Positions 27,138-37,150 of a DNA stretch of 64,000 nt are shown here, piece after piece. Location: NCBI GenBank assembly GCA_038203955.1, contig JBBRDK010000003.1, positions 3,739 through 67,738 of the forward strand, read 5' to 3'. The number at the start of each line of letters is the position of its first letter. Position 1 is the stretch's first letter. Source of the DNA: Thermoanaerobaculia bacterium. Its GTDB lineage: Bacteria; Acidobacteriota; Thermoanaerobaculia; UBA5066; Gp7-AA6. The position numbers were made by a program, and so were the translations under genes. The notes beneath the pieces were generated by a model. The model saw nothing but the letters and a program-made list of their open reading frames with translations, was not told where the DNA came from and searched no databases.

Positions 27138-28169
27138 ATGCGCGTGCTCGCGGGAGATATCGGCGGCACGAAGACCGCCGTCGCCATCGTCGAGGTCGGC
27201 GTGCGTCGGCTCACGCTCGAACGGTCGAAGAAGTATGCGAGCGGCGATTACGGCTCGCTCGAGGAGATCCTGGAGGACTTCCTCGCGCGCGAACGCCGCG
27301 TTCCCCGCTCCGCCGGCTTCGGCGTTGCTGGCCCGGTCGTCGCCGGGGCGTCCCGAATCACCAAGCTGCCCTGGCTGATCGCCGAGAAGCGGCTCTCGCG
27401 AGCCCTCCAGATCCCTCGCGTCACGCTCGTGAACGATTTCGTGGCCGCGGCGCTCGGGATTCCGTATCTGACGCGGAGGCAGTTCGCCACCGTCGCGGCC
27501 GGCGAGCCGGAGCGCGGCGGCGCGATGGCGTTGATCGGCGCGGGGACGGGCCTCGGCCAGGCGGCCTTGTGGACGGCGGGCGGACGAGTGGAGGCCTTGC
27601 CGTCGCAGGGAGGCCATGCGGACTTCGGGCCCCGCAATCCCCGGGAGGACCGCATGGTGGTTTTCGTGCGGCGCCGGTTCGGCCGGGTCAGCCGCGACCG
27701 GCTCCTGTCGGGCGAGGGGCTGGCGCACATCTACGATTTCCTCAAGGAAGACGGCGTTGCCGCGGAGTCCGACGCCGTCGCGCACGCCTTCGCAACGGAG
27801 GACCGCGCGGCGGTCATCGGCCGCCTCGGGCTGTCCGGGGGGGATCGTCTCTGCGCCGAGGCCCTCGCGACGTTCGTTTCGATTTACGGGTCCGAGGCGG
27901 GAAATCTGGCGCTCCAGTACCGCTCGACGGGGGGACTCTATGTGGGGGGAGGCATCGCGACCCGGATCCTTCCGGCCCTGCTCGGCGGCTCCTTTCTGGA
28001 GGCGTTCCGGAACAAGCCGCCGATGGAGGAGCTCCTGGCCCGCATTCCGATCCGGATCGTGCGCGAGCCGAGGCTCGGGCTCTTCGGCGCGGCGGCCGCC
28101 GCCTACCGGACCGCGATCGAGACGACGCGTCCCTCTTCGAAGACAACGCGCCGCGCCGCCCGGCGGTAA
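27138..28169 (+). CDS. glk: glucokinase
   Basis: LAGDIGGTKT, GVAGPV, LVNDF, GAGTGLG, GGH, LLSGEGL, GGLYVGGGIA. Confidence 0.93.
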   Translation: MRVLAGDIGGTKTAVAIVEVGVRRLTLERSKKYASGDYGSLEEILEDFLARERRVPRSAGFGVAGPVVAGASRITKLPWLIAEKRLSRALQIPRVTLVNDFVAAALGIPYLTRRQFATVAAGEPERGGAMALIGAGTGLGQAALWTAGGRVEALPSQGGHADFGPRNPREDRMVVFVRRRFGRVSRDRLLSGEGLAHIYDFLKEDGVAAESDAVAHAFATEDRAAVIGRLGLSGGDRLCAEALATFVSIYGSEAGNLALQYRSTGGLYVGGGIATRILPALLGGSFLEAFRNKPPMEELLARIPIRIVREPRLGLFGAAAAAYRTAIETTRPSSKTTRRAARR

Positions 28170-28474
28170 TCCCAGCGGACCAGCCTCCGTCCTTCTTCCT
28201 TGTATTCGACGGTCGAATCGGGCTGCCCGAGGAGGCCACGCACTTCCGAATAGGTCATTCCTTCCTTGACCATGCCGACGGCCACGTCCTGGTCCCCGGC
28301 GACGGCGGGCGCCGCCTCCGCGACGACGCGCTTGTGCTCGGACTCCTGGACGACGGCGTTGGTCTTCAGCAGGGGATTGGTCAGCCGGTCGATGAGGCCC
28401 GATACCGTGGGCTTGTCGCGGACGATCCAGAGAACGACGAGGACGACGACGACGAGAAGTATGAGGCGCTTCAC
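28103..28474 (-). CDS. membrane-anchored protein with SmpA/OmlA(BamE)-like domain
   Basis: N-terminal TM; VKEGMTYSEVRGLLGQPD...WDY...VVFEEGRV. Confidence 0.7.
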   Translation of the reverse strand: MKRLILLVVVVLVVLWIVRDKPTVSGLIDRLTNPLLKTNAVVQESEHKRVVAEAAPAVAGDQDVAVGMVKEGMTYSEVRGLLGQPDSTVEYKEEGRRLVRWDYRRAARRVVFEEGRVVSIAVR

Positions 28475-28490
28475 GTCGAGACCCGGTCTT

Positions 28491-28835
28491 CTAGCGCGGG
28501 AGCTCCGCGAGGATGCGCTCGACGCGCGCGTCGAGCTCCGCCATGGTGCGGAGGCACGCCGGTTCCTGGCCGGGCAACGCCTGCCAGAGAATCGTTTCCG
28601 GAGAAAAGACCGCGTCTTCGAGCGACGGCTCTCCTTCCGCGAGCCCGAGCGTGCGCTCTTCCCGAAGCATGGAACGCCGCGCGTGAAGCAGGGCCTCGAG
28701 AGCCCGCGCCCCCGGCTGAATGCGGAACTGCAGCACGCGTGGAGACTTCGGGTCCGCGGAGAGAGCGCTCGTGCCGGAGGACTCCGGACGCTCCGCCGAA
28801 GACTCCGAGGGCTCTATCCATTTTTGAGGGGTCAT
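28491..28835 (-). CDS. hypothetical protein, paralog of 28971-29327
   Basis: Shared motif LEA...ARRxMxREERTxG....EPSxED. Confidence 0.7.
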   Translation of the reverse strand: MTPQKWIEPSESSAERPESSGTSALSADPKSPRVLQFRIQPGARALEALLHARRSMLREERTLGLAEGEPSLEDAVFSPETILWQALPGQEPACLRTMAELDARVERILAELPR

Positions 28836-28970
28836 CGGAAAAAGAGAGTGCGAGCGGCGTGCCGGGACGGGCCCCGGCCCGAAGTGCCTCCGGAGCAGGG
28901 TCTTGGGATTCAGGCGGACCGGGAGGAAAGAAGGAAGCGCCGAAAACCGTCACTTTCGGTGACGGAAGTC

Positions 28971-29327
28971 TTACTGTCCGAGCGAGCGCAGAGCTTCGCG
29001 CGCCCGGTTTGCCCGCTCGACGAGCTCTTCGACCTTCTGCCGGCACCAGGCGACCTGCGAGGTGAGGACGAACCAGCGGATCTCGGTGGACGTCACGTTC
29101 GGGTCTTCCATGGACGGCTCGTCCCACTCGACGCCGCGGGTGCGTTCCTCCCGGATCATCGCGCGGCGGGCGTAGCGAATGGCTTCCAGATCGCCGGGTG
29201 ATGCGAGCTTCAGGTCAAAACGCAGCGTAATCCGGCGGGAGAGGTCGATCCGAACGGCGACGGCATCGCCGTCCGCCTGAACGGCGGACGCCGCCGCCAG
29301 GCTCTCGATCACGCGAATAGGTTTCAT
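28971..29327 (-). CDS. hypothetical protein, paralog of 28491-28835
   Basis: LEAIRYARRAMIREERTRGVEWDEPSMED; TATAAT upstream. Confidence 0.75.
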   Translation of the reverse strand: MKPIRVIESLAAASAVQADGDAVAVRIDLSRRITLRFDLKLASPGDLEAIRYARRAMIREERTRGVEWDEPSMEDPNVTSTEIRWFVLTSQVAWCRQKVEELVERANRAREALRSLGQ

Positions 29328-29427
29328 GGGACGGGCGGGCATTATAGCCCCGTTTTGCCGCCGGAGACCAGCCCGGGTCTTCCGGGGCCTCCGGCATAGA
29401 ATCCCCGCTCTATCGGGAAAGGACGTC

Positions 29428-30882
29428 ATGAACGAGAAGGTTCCCATCACGGTCGCGGCGGGGGACGGGATCGGCCCGGAGATCATGGCCGCCACCCTCC
29501 ATATCCTGGAATCCGCGGGCGCGAAGCTCGAGATCGAGACCATCGAGATCGGTGAAAAGGTCTATCTCTCTGGAAACAGTGCGGGAATCGCCCCCTCTGC
29601 CTGGGAATCCCTGCGGCGAACGAAGGTCTTCCTGAAGGCCCCCATCACGACCCCGCAGGGGGGAGGGTTCAAGAGCCTGAACGTCACGACCCGGAAGACC
29701 CTCGGCCTGTACGCCAACATCCGGCCCTGCGTGGCTTACCACCCGTTCGTCGACACCCTCCACCCGGGGATGGACGTCGTGATCGTCCGCGAGAACGAAG
29801 AGGACCTCTACGCCGGAATCGAGTACCGGATCTCGCCGGACGTCACGCAGTGCCTGAAGCTGATCACGCGCCGCGGCACGGAAAGGATCGTCCGGTACGC
29901 CTTCGAGTACGCCCGGGCCCACGCGCGCAAGCGGGTGACCTGCTTCACCAAAGACAACATCATGAAGATCACCGACGGTCTCTTCCATCGCGTTTACGAC
30001 GAGATCGGGGCGGAGTACCCGGACATCGAGAAGGAGCACTGGATCGTCGACATCGGCGCGGCGAAGCTCGCCGACACCCCGGAGGCCTTCGACGTCATCG
30101 TGATGCCCAACCTGTACGGCGACATCCTCTCCGACGTGGCGGCGCAGATCGCGGGCTCGGTGGGCCTCGCGGGCTCCGCCAACATCGGAGCGCGGTGCGC
30201 GATGTTCGAGGCGATCCACGGTTCGGCGCCCCGGCGGGCGGGACAGAACCTCGCCAACCCTTCGGGTCTCCTCCTGGGCGCCGTGATGATGCTGGTGCAC
30301 ATCGGGCAGCCCGAAGTCGCCGAGAGCGTCCACAACGGCTGGTTGAAGACTCTGGAGGACGGCGTGCACACCTACGACGTCTACACGGAAGGCGTGAGTC
30401 GCGAAAAGGTGGGAACGAAGGAATTTGCAGAAGCGGTCGTCCAGCGCCTCGGACACGTGCCGGAGAAGCTGAAGGCCGTGCGGTACGGCGCAACGCCCCC
30501 GCGCGGAGCGGAGCTTCAGAATGCGCCGCCGCCGCAGGTCGGGAAGAAAGAGGTTGTGGGCGTCGACGTGTTCGTCGACTGGCCGACGGGAACTCCGGAC
30601 GAGTTGGGACAAAAGCTCCAGGGCGCCGTCGGCGGAGGCCTGAAGCCCACCATGATCACGAGCCGCGGACTGAAAGTCTGGCCGGACGGTTTTCCGGAGA
30701 CGTTCACGTCCGACAACTTCCGATGCCGTTTCATGGCGCAGACCGGCGCCGCCTCTCTCACGCCGCGCGAGATCATCGCACTGCTCGAGCGCGTCACCGC
30801 CGCCGGGCTGGTGTTCGGGAAGATCGAGACGCTGGCCGTGTACGACGGAGAGAAGGGCTACACGCTGGGGCAGGGAGAATAG
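29428..30882 (+). CDS. icd: NADP-dependent isocitrate dehydrogenase
   Basis: GDGIGPEIM, KAPITTPQGGG.KSLNV, RENEEDLYAG, NLYGDILSD, MFEAIHGSAP, C-terminal extension ending GYTLGQGE. Confidence 0.96.
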   Translation: MNEKVPITVAAGDGIGPEIMAATLHILESAGAKLEIETIEIGEKVYLSGNSAGIAPSAWESLRRTKVFLKAPITTPQGGGFKSLNVTTRKTLGLYANIRPCVAYHPFVDTLHPGMDVVIVRENEEDLYAGIEYRISPDVTQCLKLITRRGTERIVRYAFEYARAHARKRVTCFTKDNIMKITDGLFHRVYDEIGAEYPDIEKEHWIVDIGAAKLADTPEAFDVIVMPNLYGDILSDVAAQIAGSVGLAGSANIGARCAMFEAIHGSAPRRAGQNLANPSGLLLGAVMMLVHIGQPEVAESVHNGWLKTLEDGVHTYDVYTEGVSREKVGTKEFAEAVVQRLGHVPEKLKAVRYGATPPRGAELQNAPPPQVGKKEVVGVDVFVDWPTGTPDELGQKLQGAVGGGLKPTMITSRGLKVWPDGFPETFTSDNFRCRFMAQTGAASLTPREIIALLERVTAAGLVFGKIETLAVYDGEKGYTLGQGE

Positions 30883-30939
30883 GCCTCCATCGCATCGCTC
30901 CCTTCGATTCGCCGGCTGCCTCGGGGCCCTTCGGGAAGG

Positions 30940-31144
30940 CCTCCCAGCGGGGAAGCTGCGCACAGAACGCGGCCGTGTACACCGCGGAGAGGTAGACCCG
31001 GGCGGCCGTCAGCAACCAGTGCACCTTCCCTCTGCCAATCGGCCGAGCTCTTCCTTCCAGTCCAGGCGCGCCGGCAGAAGAGGAGCAATGCCGCCAACCC
31101 GAAGAGCAGCCTCCGGCGACGCGCTAATGCAGCAGGCGCGTCAT
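30940..31144 (-). pseudogene. possible degraded small membrane-protein gene
   Basis: ATG coupled to the methyltransferase stop closes after 6 codons; fragments LPARLDWKEELGRL and HWLLTAARVYLSAVYTAAF lie in different frames. Confidence 0.35.
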
Positions 31145-31944
31145 GGGCGGGGTGGCGTCTCTCCGACCCGCCGGAGCCGGAATACGGTCACGAACGGGGT
31201 GACTCGAAAGGCGCCGAGAAGCTTGAATCCGGCGTCGGAGAAGAGCCGGAGCCACAGACTTCGGGCCAGGAAGTGGAACGCCCCGGGCCCGAACGCGAGC
31301 AGATTCCAGGAGTCCCGCATGTGCTCGACCACGACGAGATCTCCGCCGGGTCGAAGGACACGCCGGAGCTCCTGGAAGAACAGGAGCCGCTCGCTCGACT
31401 TCCGAAGCTCGTGGGCTGCGAAGACGACGAAAGCGGCGTCCTCGGCGCCGTCCCCCAGAGGGATCTTCCCGAAGTGGATCCGGACGGGCGCCGCGCCGGT
31501 CCGTGAGATGGACCGGGCCCGCCCTATGGACGGCTCGGTCATCGCGTCGGGATGGTGGAAGTCGAAGGTCGTGAGCCGGGCGGAAGGAAATCTCTCGAAC
31601 AGGCGAGCCGAGGTCTCGTCCAGCCCGGCGTGGAAGTTGGCGATCGAGAGGGGCTGCGACGGGAGAGCAAGGTCGATCCAGCTCCCGTCCGCGATCTTCG
31701 AGCGATCGTAAACGAGGTGGGATGCCCCGAGCGACGCGAGCGACCAGAACGCCGCCAGGCAAGCGGCCGGAAGTATCGTCGCGGCGACGACGGCGCTCGG
31801 CTGGCGTGCGACGCTCATGTAGGACCCGGCCGCCGCGCACAGGATGAGCGCGAGCCCGTACGACGGCCAGTTGAAACGCAGGATCTGGAGGACGCCGCCG
31901 TAGGGCGAGCGGGGTGTCCGCAGGCTCTCCGGCCGGGCGCTCAT
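31141..31944 (-). CDS. class I SAM-dependent methyltransferase with N-terminal TM segments
   Basis: ILRFNW, NFHAGLDETS, AAHELR, ELRRVLRPGG.LVVVEH.RD. Confidence 0.85.
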   Translation of the reverse strand: MSARPESLRTPRSPYGGVLQILRFNWPSYGLALILCAAAGSYMSVARQPSAVVAATILPAACLAAFWSLASLGASHLVYDRSKIADGSWIDLALPSQPLSIANFHAGLDETSARLFERFPSARLTTFDFHHPDAMTEPSIGRARSISRTGAAPVRIHFGKIPLGDGAEDAAFVVFAAHELRKSSERLLFFQELRRVLRPGGDLVVVEHMRDSWNLLAFGPGAFHFLARSLWLRLFSDAGFKLLGAFRVTPFVTVFRLRRVGETPPRP

Positions 31945-32706
31945 CGCGACCCGGCGGCCGGGTGGTCCAGGACGCCCCTTTTCCACCGGTAGGGGACGTC
32001 CTCGAGCCAGAAGGCGTTCGCCAGTCGGACGGGGGACTCGCGAAAGGGAGTCCCTTCCAGGAACGTGCACTTGCGAACCTCCACGGTGACCGGTCGGGGA
32101 TTCCAGTGGGTTCGGACGCCCTCGATCATGACGATCGAGCCGGTCGCGGGTTCGTAATCGAAGGTGAAGGGAAGCGGACCGGCGTATTTCCGCGCAACCC
32201 CGAAATCGGGGAAAGGAGACCCGTCGGGCGGACGGCCCGGCTCGGCATCCAATCGCGCGCAGACTTCGAGGTCCGCGTCGCCCCGGGCCGTCGTGATGCG
32301 GAGATCCAGAGAATCCGCCGTACGCACCTCCCGTACCGTGGACACGCGGTAGTTGTAGTGCGTCAGGAGATTGCCCGCCATCTTCATGACTCGGCTGTCC
32401 GTGTCGCTCCTCAGAATCTTCAGGCCGCGCAGCGTCCGCCCGTCGGCCGTTCGATGGCGCGTGAAGATCCGGTATCCCGAAAGTAAGAAATCGCACCCCA
32501 GGATCGCCGGCACGAACGCGGGACGCAGCTTTCGCGTCCTCACCAGCGCGATGGCGAGAAATCCCGAATCCTCGTAGGTGTCCAGGGTCAGGCCGGGAGG
32601 CAGGAGCGGCGCCAGTGTCTTGGCGGGGTATGCGCGTCAGCACGAGCGAATACTCGAAGTGCGCCCGGATCGGGATCGGATGACGCTTCCATGCCGCGAA
32701 CGTCAA
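31941..32706 (-). pseudogene. DUF2071/YqjF-family gene, frameshifted near 32635
   Basis: KRHPIPIRAHFEYSLVLT continues as AYPAKTLAPLLPPGLTLDTYEDSGFLAIALVRT in a different frame. Confidence 0.75.
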
Positions 32707-33132
32707 CGAGCCTCCGGCCGCGAATCCGACGCCCGCCCGGAAACGCGTCGCGGATCGGCGAGCGCGAGGTACCACGCCATTCCCACCAGAACAACGTTCG
32801 CGCCCACCATCGGATAGGGCGCGAGGAGAAGATCCTTCGCGAAGGCGATCTCCAGCGTGTTCATGCAGACCAGCGCGACGGTCATCACCGCGGCGCACGC
32901 CTTCGGGCTTCTCCCACTCAGGACCCAGACGCCCAGGAGCATCTCGCCAACGCCGATGCACGCCGTCAGAGGTCCCGAGAGCCCGGCGCCGACGGCCCTT
33001 CCCACGATCGCCCGATGTCTCGGAACGAGGTCCAGAAGCTTCGATCCCAACCCCTGGGACCACCCAGACGGAGGCGACTCCGTACCGGATGACGGAGAAA
33101 TAGACCGGACGGCGGACATCCCGCGGCGTCAA
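32703..33132 (-). pseudogene. DoxX-like family gene, frameshifted near 33057
   Basis: RYGVASVWVV continues as QGLGSKLLDLVPRH...IGVGEMLLGVWVLSG...MNTLE after one extra base. Confidence 0.7.
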
Positions 33133-33220
33133 CCCTCCGGCAATCGGTTCAGGCACCGTGAGCGTGTCGTCATCTTGGCACGGACGGGGTCCGAGCAATA
33201 CGGGCGCCGGCGTGCTCGGC

Positions 33221-33919
33221 TCAGCCGAGATCGAAGAGGAGGATCTCGGTTCCCCGCTCTCCGACGAGCTCGAGGGCCTTCTCTGCGGAGATCGCGCCGC
33301 CATCGCCGTGCTCAAGGCGGTTCCCGTTCACGGACACGGACCCTCTTGCCGCCTGGACCCATGCAAAGCGGCCCGGGGCGAGCTCGTGCGCAAGGGTCTT
33401 TCCCCGCTCCCAGTTCGCGACGAAGAGCCGGACGTCCTGGTGGATCGTCAGCGATCCGTCTCGTCCGTCGGGCGAAGCGATCTCGCGGAGCCTTCCTCGC
33501 CGCTCTTCTTCTGGAAACGCGGTCTGCTCGTACTCCGGCGGGAGGCCGTCCCGGTCCGGCAGGATCCAGATCTGGAGAAAGTGAAGGGGGTCTGTTGGCG
33601 ACGGATTGCGCTCGCTGTGCCGCACCCCCGTTCCCGCGCTCATCCGCTGGAGCTCTCCGGGGCGGATGACCGAGCCATTCCCCAGGCTGTCGTTGTGCTC
33701 GAGCGACCCCGCGAGGACCCAGGAGAGGATCTCCATGTCGCGGTGGGCGTGTGTGGGAAATCCCTCGCCCGGCCGCACGCGGTCCTCGTTGATCACGCGC
33801 AGATCGCGGAACCCCATGTAGCGCTCGTCGTAGTAGTCCGCGAACGAGAAGGTGTGCCGCGTGTTCAACCAGCCGTGATCCGCGCCGCCGCGCTCGTCCG
33901 CCTTCCGGAACGAAATCAT
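33221..33919 (-). CDS. pirin family protein (YhhW-like)
   Basis: HGWLNTRHTFSFADY, LRVINED, THAHRDMEI, MSAGTGVRHSE, FLQIWI. Confidence 0.93.
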   Translation of the reverse strand: MISFRKADERGGADHGWLNTRHTFSFADYYDERYMGFRDLRVINEDRVRPGEGFPTHAHRDMEILSWVLAGSLEHNDSLGNGSVIRPGELQRMSAGTGVRHSERNPSPTDPLHFLQIWILPDRDGLPPEYEQTAFPEEERRGRLREIASPDGRDGSLTIHQDVRLFVANWERGKTLAHELAPGRFAWVQAARGSVSVNGNRLEHGDGGAISAEKALELVGERGTEILLFDLG

Positions 33920-33986
33920 GTCGCCTCCCGGCGGCCGCTCCACGCGGACCGACTCCGCGGATTACGCGGCCGGGCGCTTCACGGGT

Positions 33987-36900
33987 TCAACCGGCCGTCA
34001 GAGGCACCCCGGCTCCTTCGTTTCCCGTTTCCCGTTTCCGGTTTCCCGGCCCGGGCCCCGTGACCCGTGCCCTGTCGCGCGGGAGCTCCAGGGTGAACAC
34101 GGATCCCCGCCCGGACTCGCTCTCGACCGCGATCGTGCCGCCGAGAGCGTCCACGATCTGCCGGACGATCCAGAGTCCCAGGCCGAGGCCGCCGTAGTGC
34201 CGGCCCGAGACGGCGCGCTCGAATCGCTCGAAAATGCGCGCCTGGTTCTCCGGGGCGATCCCGATGCCCTCGTCGGAAACGGCGAGCCGGACGGACTCGC
34301 TCGTTCCGGTCAGCGAGATCTCGATCGGCTTGCCGGCGCCGTACTTCATCGCGTTGGAGATCAGGTTCGTCAGGATCTGATCGAGCCGGAGGCGGTCCCA
34401 GGCGCCAACCTGGGGTTCCGGGGCGTTCACGGTCAGGGAGCAACCCGCCCGCAGAAGAGACTCCTCCAGCCTCGCGGACACTTCCCGGAGGACGGCGGAG
34501 AAGTCCACGGGCTCGATGTACAGGTCGAGTCGGCCGCCGGTGATCCGGGAAATATCGAGGAGGTCGTTGATCAGGTGGGTCAGGCGCTCGACCTGACGCT
34601 CGGAGGTGCCGAGGCGCTCCGCCAGCGCTTCGGCGCTCGGCGTCACGCCCGACCGCACGCGGCGGATGAGTCCCTGGATCTGGAGCTGCAGGGTCGTGAT
34701 GGGCGTCTTCAATTCGTGCGACGCCACCGAGAGGAACTCGTCGCGCGCGCGGATCGCCTCCTGAGCGTCTTCGTAGAGGCGGGCGTTGTCGATCGCGAGG
34801 CTCGCGCGATACGCCAGCGCTTCGGCAAGAGCCAGGTCGTCGGGCGTGTAGATTCGGCCCGAATCGGACGCGACGAACGTGATCGCTCCCAGAAGCTGGC
34901 CCCGCACGCCGATGGGAACGCACATGTACGACCGAAAGCCGAGCGCCGCGATGGCCTGGTAGTGAGGCTCGCCCGACGTAGCGGCGCGGAGCATCTCCTC
35001 CGAGATCGTCGAAGCGAGCTCGGGATTACCCGTTCGCATCACGTTCGGAGGGCCATAAGGCTGATCGGGCCGCGAAGGGTACTGGTGTACGAGGTCTCGA
35101 AGCTCGTTTCGGAGGCGCGGATCGGAGTGCTCCGTCGCGAGGCTCTTCAGGGTTCCGTCCCCTTCCCGCATGTCCACGAGACACCAGTCGGAAACTTCTC
35201 CCACGGCGAGCCGCGCCACGCTCCCGAGCGTCGTGCGGTAGTCGAGGGACGAAGCAAGAACCTCGCTCGCCCGGGCGAGAAAGGAGGACCGGGCCTCGTG
35301 CCATTCGGCCAGCGCCCGCTCCTGACGAACGAGGTCGAAGAGTCGCGCGTTCTCCATCGCGACGCCCGCGCGCACCGCGAGGTCCTCGGCGAGAGCGAGG
35401 TCGTCGGTCCCGAAGCGGCGGCCGGACTCGGCGCTCACGAGCGTGACGACCCCGACGACGGCCTGAGAGTCGCGGATGGCAACGGCCATCACGGAGACGA
35501 TCTCCATGTCCCGCAGGATCCGGTACGCCTCCGGACTTCTCGCGACCGAGCTCAAGACCTCGTCGTCCAGGGTCTCGATCAGTTCCGAGCGCCCCGTCCG
35601 CAGGACGTTGGGCGGTCCGACGGGAGCGTCGGCGTCGAGCAGGTTCGCCGTCTCGAGCTGCCGGGCGAGATCGGCGCGCTCCGGGAACGCGCACGTGACG
35701 GCGACGCGCCGGATGCCCTCGTCCGAGATGAGGTCGATGAAGCACCAGTCCGAGATGTCCGGCACGGCCAGCTCGGCAATCGACCGGAGGGTGATCGCGT
35801 AGTCGAGGGAAGACGCCAGGACCTGGCTCGCGCGCGCGAGAAATGACGACCGCCGTTGCGCGCCCTCCGCCGCGGCGCGGGCCATCTGCTCCCGCAGGAG
35901 CAGGTCCGCCCGCTCTGCCTCTCCTCTCTTCCGCTCCGTGACGTCGAGCGCGAACGCCGCGAAGCGCTCCGCCGCACCCGGCAGAAGCGCCCCGCCCACC
36001 AGCACGGACACGCGCTCTCCATCGGCGCGGAGGTACTCCTTTTCGTGGGGCTGAAAGACTCCCCTCTTGCGCAGCTCTTCGATGTCGGACGCGTCGGCCG
36101 CCCTCCACTCGGGCGGAGTCAGCTCGTCCCATCGCAGACCCCCGCCGCCGAGCTCTTCCCGGCCGCGTCCGAGAATCCTCAGAAAGGCGTCGTTCCCGTC
36201 GACGAGCGCTCCCGAGAGATCTCCGAAACCGATGCCGATCATTCCGGAGTCGTACAACCGCCGGAAGCGCTCCTCACTGGCGGCGAGCGCCCCGGCGCTG
36301 TCCTGCGCGCGATGCCGCTCCTCCTGCTCGGCCTCGAACAGCGCCGACAGCCGGCGCGTCAGAACGACAGAGAGAACGACGGTGGCGCCGAGAGCGGACA
36401 AGCCGATGGCCGCGAGGATTAGGAAGGAAAGAACGTTCGTGCGTTCGGAATCGTGGGCCGCAGCCTCCAGTATGCGTTCGCGTGTTCTCAGAAACGAATC
36501 GATGGCCGCCTCGAAGGCCTCCCTCCGGGGCTCGACGGTCTCGGCGAAGTACCGTGCCACCGACTCGGGCGCCGCGCCCGAGCGCCGAAGAGCGACGGCG
36601 GCTTCCGCCGCCCGCTCGTGCTCCGCCTCGCCCTCCCGCAGCTTGACGACCAGACCGCGATCCTCTGCCGAAGCGTGTCTCTCGAGGCGGGAGAGCTCGA
36701 ACCGGACCGCCGCCCGCGAGACCCCGAAAGCCTTCAGGCGTCGCTCATCCCCCGTGAGCAGATACCCGCGAAAGGTCGTCATCTTGCGCTCGACCGCGGA
36801 CTGGAAGCGGCCGAACTCGATGATCTGCCGGGACTGATCGAGCACGAACCGGGCGCTCGAGACCGAGCCGTTCAAGGCGACGAGAGCCGCGGCCGCGAAG

Positions 36901-37019
36901 ACCAGGACGAGGAGACCCGCTCCCGCGAATCCCAGCCGCACTTTCCTCCGGAACGACTCCGGGGAGGATTTCGGGAAGGGTTCCGCGGGGGCGCGCCGGC
37001 GCAAAGAGGCCGAGCTCAT
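33987..37019 (-). CDS. membrane sensor histidine kinase (CHASE3-PAS-GAF-GAF-HisKA-HATPase)
   Basis: Two TMs around a RGYLLTGD periplasmic domain, PAS, two GAF repeats (LASSLDY..TL), ASHELKTP, NAMKY, DEGIGI, GLGLGL. Confidence 0.93.
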   Translation of the reverse strand: MSSASLRRRAPAEPFPKSSPESFRRKVRLGFAGAGLLVLVFAAAALVALNGSVSSARFVLDQSRQIIEFGRFQSAVERKMTTFRGYLLTGDERRLKAFGVSRAAVRFELSRLERHASAEDRGLVVKLREGEAEHERAAEAAVALRRSGAAPESVARYFAETVEPRREAFEAAIDSFLRTRERILEAAAHDSERTNVLSFLILAAIGLSALGATVVLSVVLTRRLSALFEAEQEERHRAQDSAGALAASEERFRRLYDSGMIGIGFGDLSGALVDGNDAFLRILGRGREELGGGGLRWDELTPPEWRAADASDIEELRKRGVFQPHEKEYLRADGERVSVLVGGALLPGAAERFAAFALDVTERKRGEAERADLLLREQMARAAAEGAQRRSSFLARASQVLASSLDYAITLRSIAELAVPDISDWCFIDLISDEGIRRVAVTCAFPERADLARQLETANLLDADAPVGPPNVLRTGRSELIETLDDEVLSSVARSPEAYRILRDMEIVSVMAVAIRDSQAVVGVVTLVSAESGRRFGTDDLALAEDLAVRAGVAMENARLFDLVRQERALAEWHEARSSFLARASEVLASSLDYRTTLGSVARLAVGEVSDWCLVDMREGDGTLKSLATEHSDPRLRNELRDLVHQYPSRPDQPYGPPNVMRTGNPELASTISEEMLRAATSGEPHYQAIAALGFRSYMCVPIGVRGQLLGAITFVASDSGRIYTPDDLALAEALAYRASLAIDNARLYEDAQEAIRARDEFLSVASHELKTPITTLQLQIQGLIRRVRSGVTPSAEALAERLGTSERQVERLTHLINDLLDISRITGGRLDLYIEPVDFSAVLREVSARLEESLLRAGCSLTVNAPEPQVGAWDRLRLDQILTNLISNAMKYGAGKPIEISLTGTSESVRLAVSDEGIGIAPENQARIFERFERAVSGRHYGGLGLGLWIVRQIVDALGGTIAVESESGRGSVFTLELPRDRARVTGPGPGNRKRETGNEGAGVPLTAG
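34019..34048. repeat. heptamer array (CGTTTCC)4
   Basis: Translated as the low-complexity tail of the kinase ORF. Confidence 0.85.
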
Positions 37020-37079
37020 TGAACCTCGTGACTATGCGGCAAACGCGCGAGCGCGGTCAATCGCAGACGGATCCGTCAT

Positions 37080-37150
37080 GCCCGCAGGCGCCGTCCCCGC
37101 CGCAGCGCCGTCCCCGCCCGCAGGCGCCGTCATCGCCGGCAGGCGCCCTC
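37080..37150. repeat. four ~18-bp degenerate direct repeats (CCGCAGGCGCCGTC core)
   Basis: Seen directly between the preA stop and the kinase start. Confidence 0.65.

Noticed and set aside
31141-33315. 724-aa multidomain ORF
   Set aside because: A composite of frameshifted gene pieces plus the methyltransferase, not one protein.
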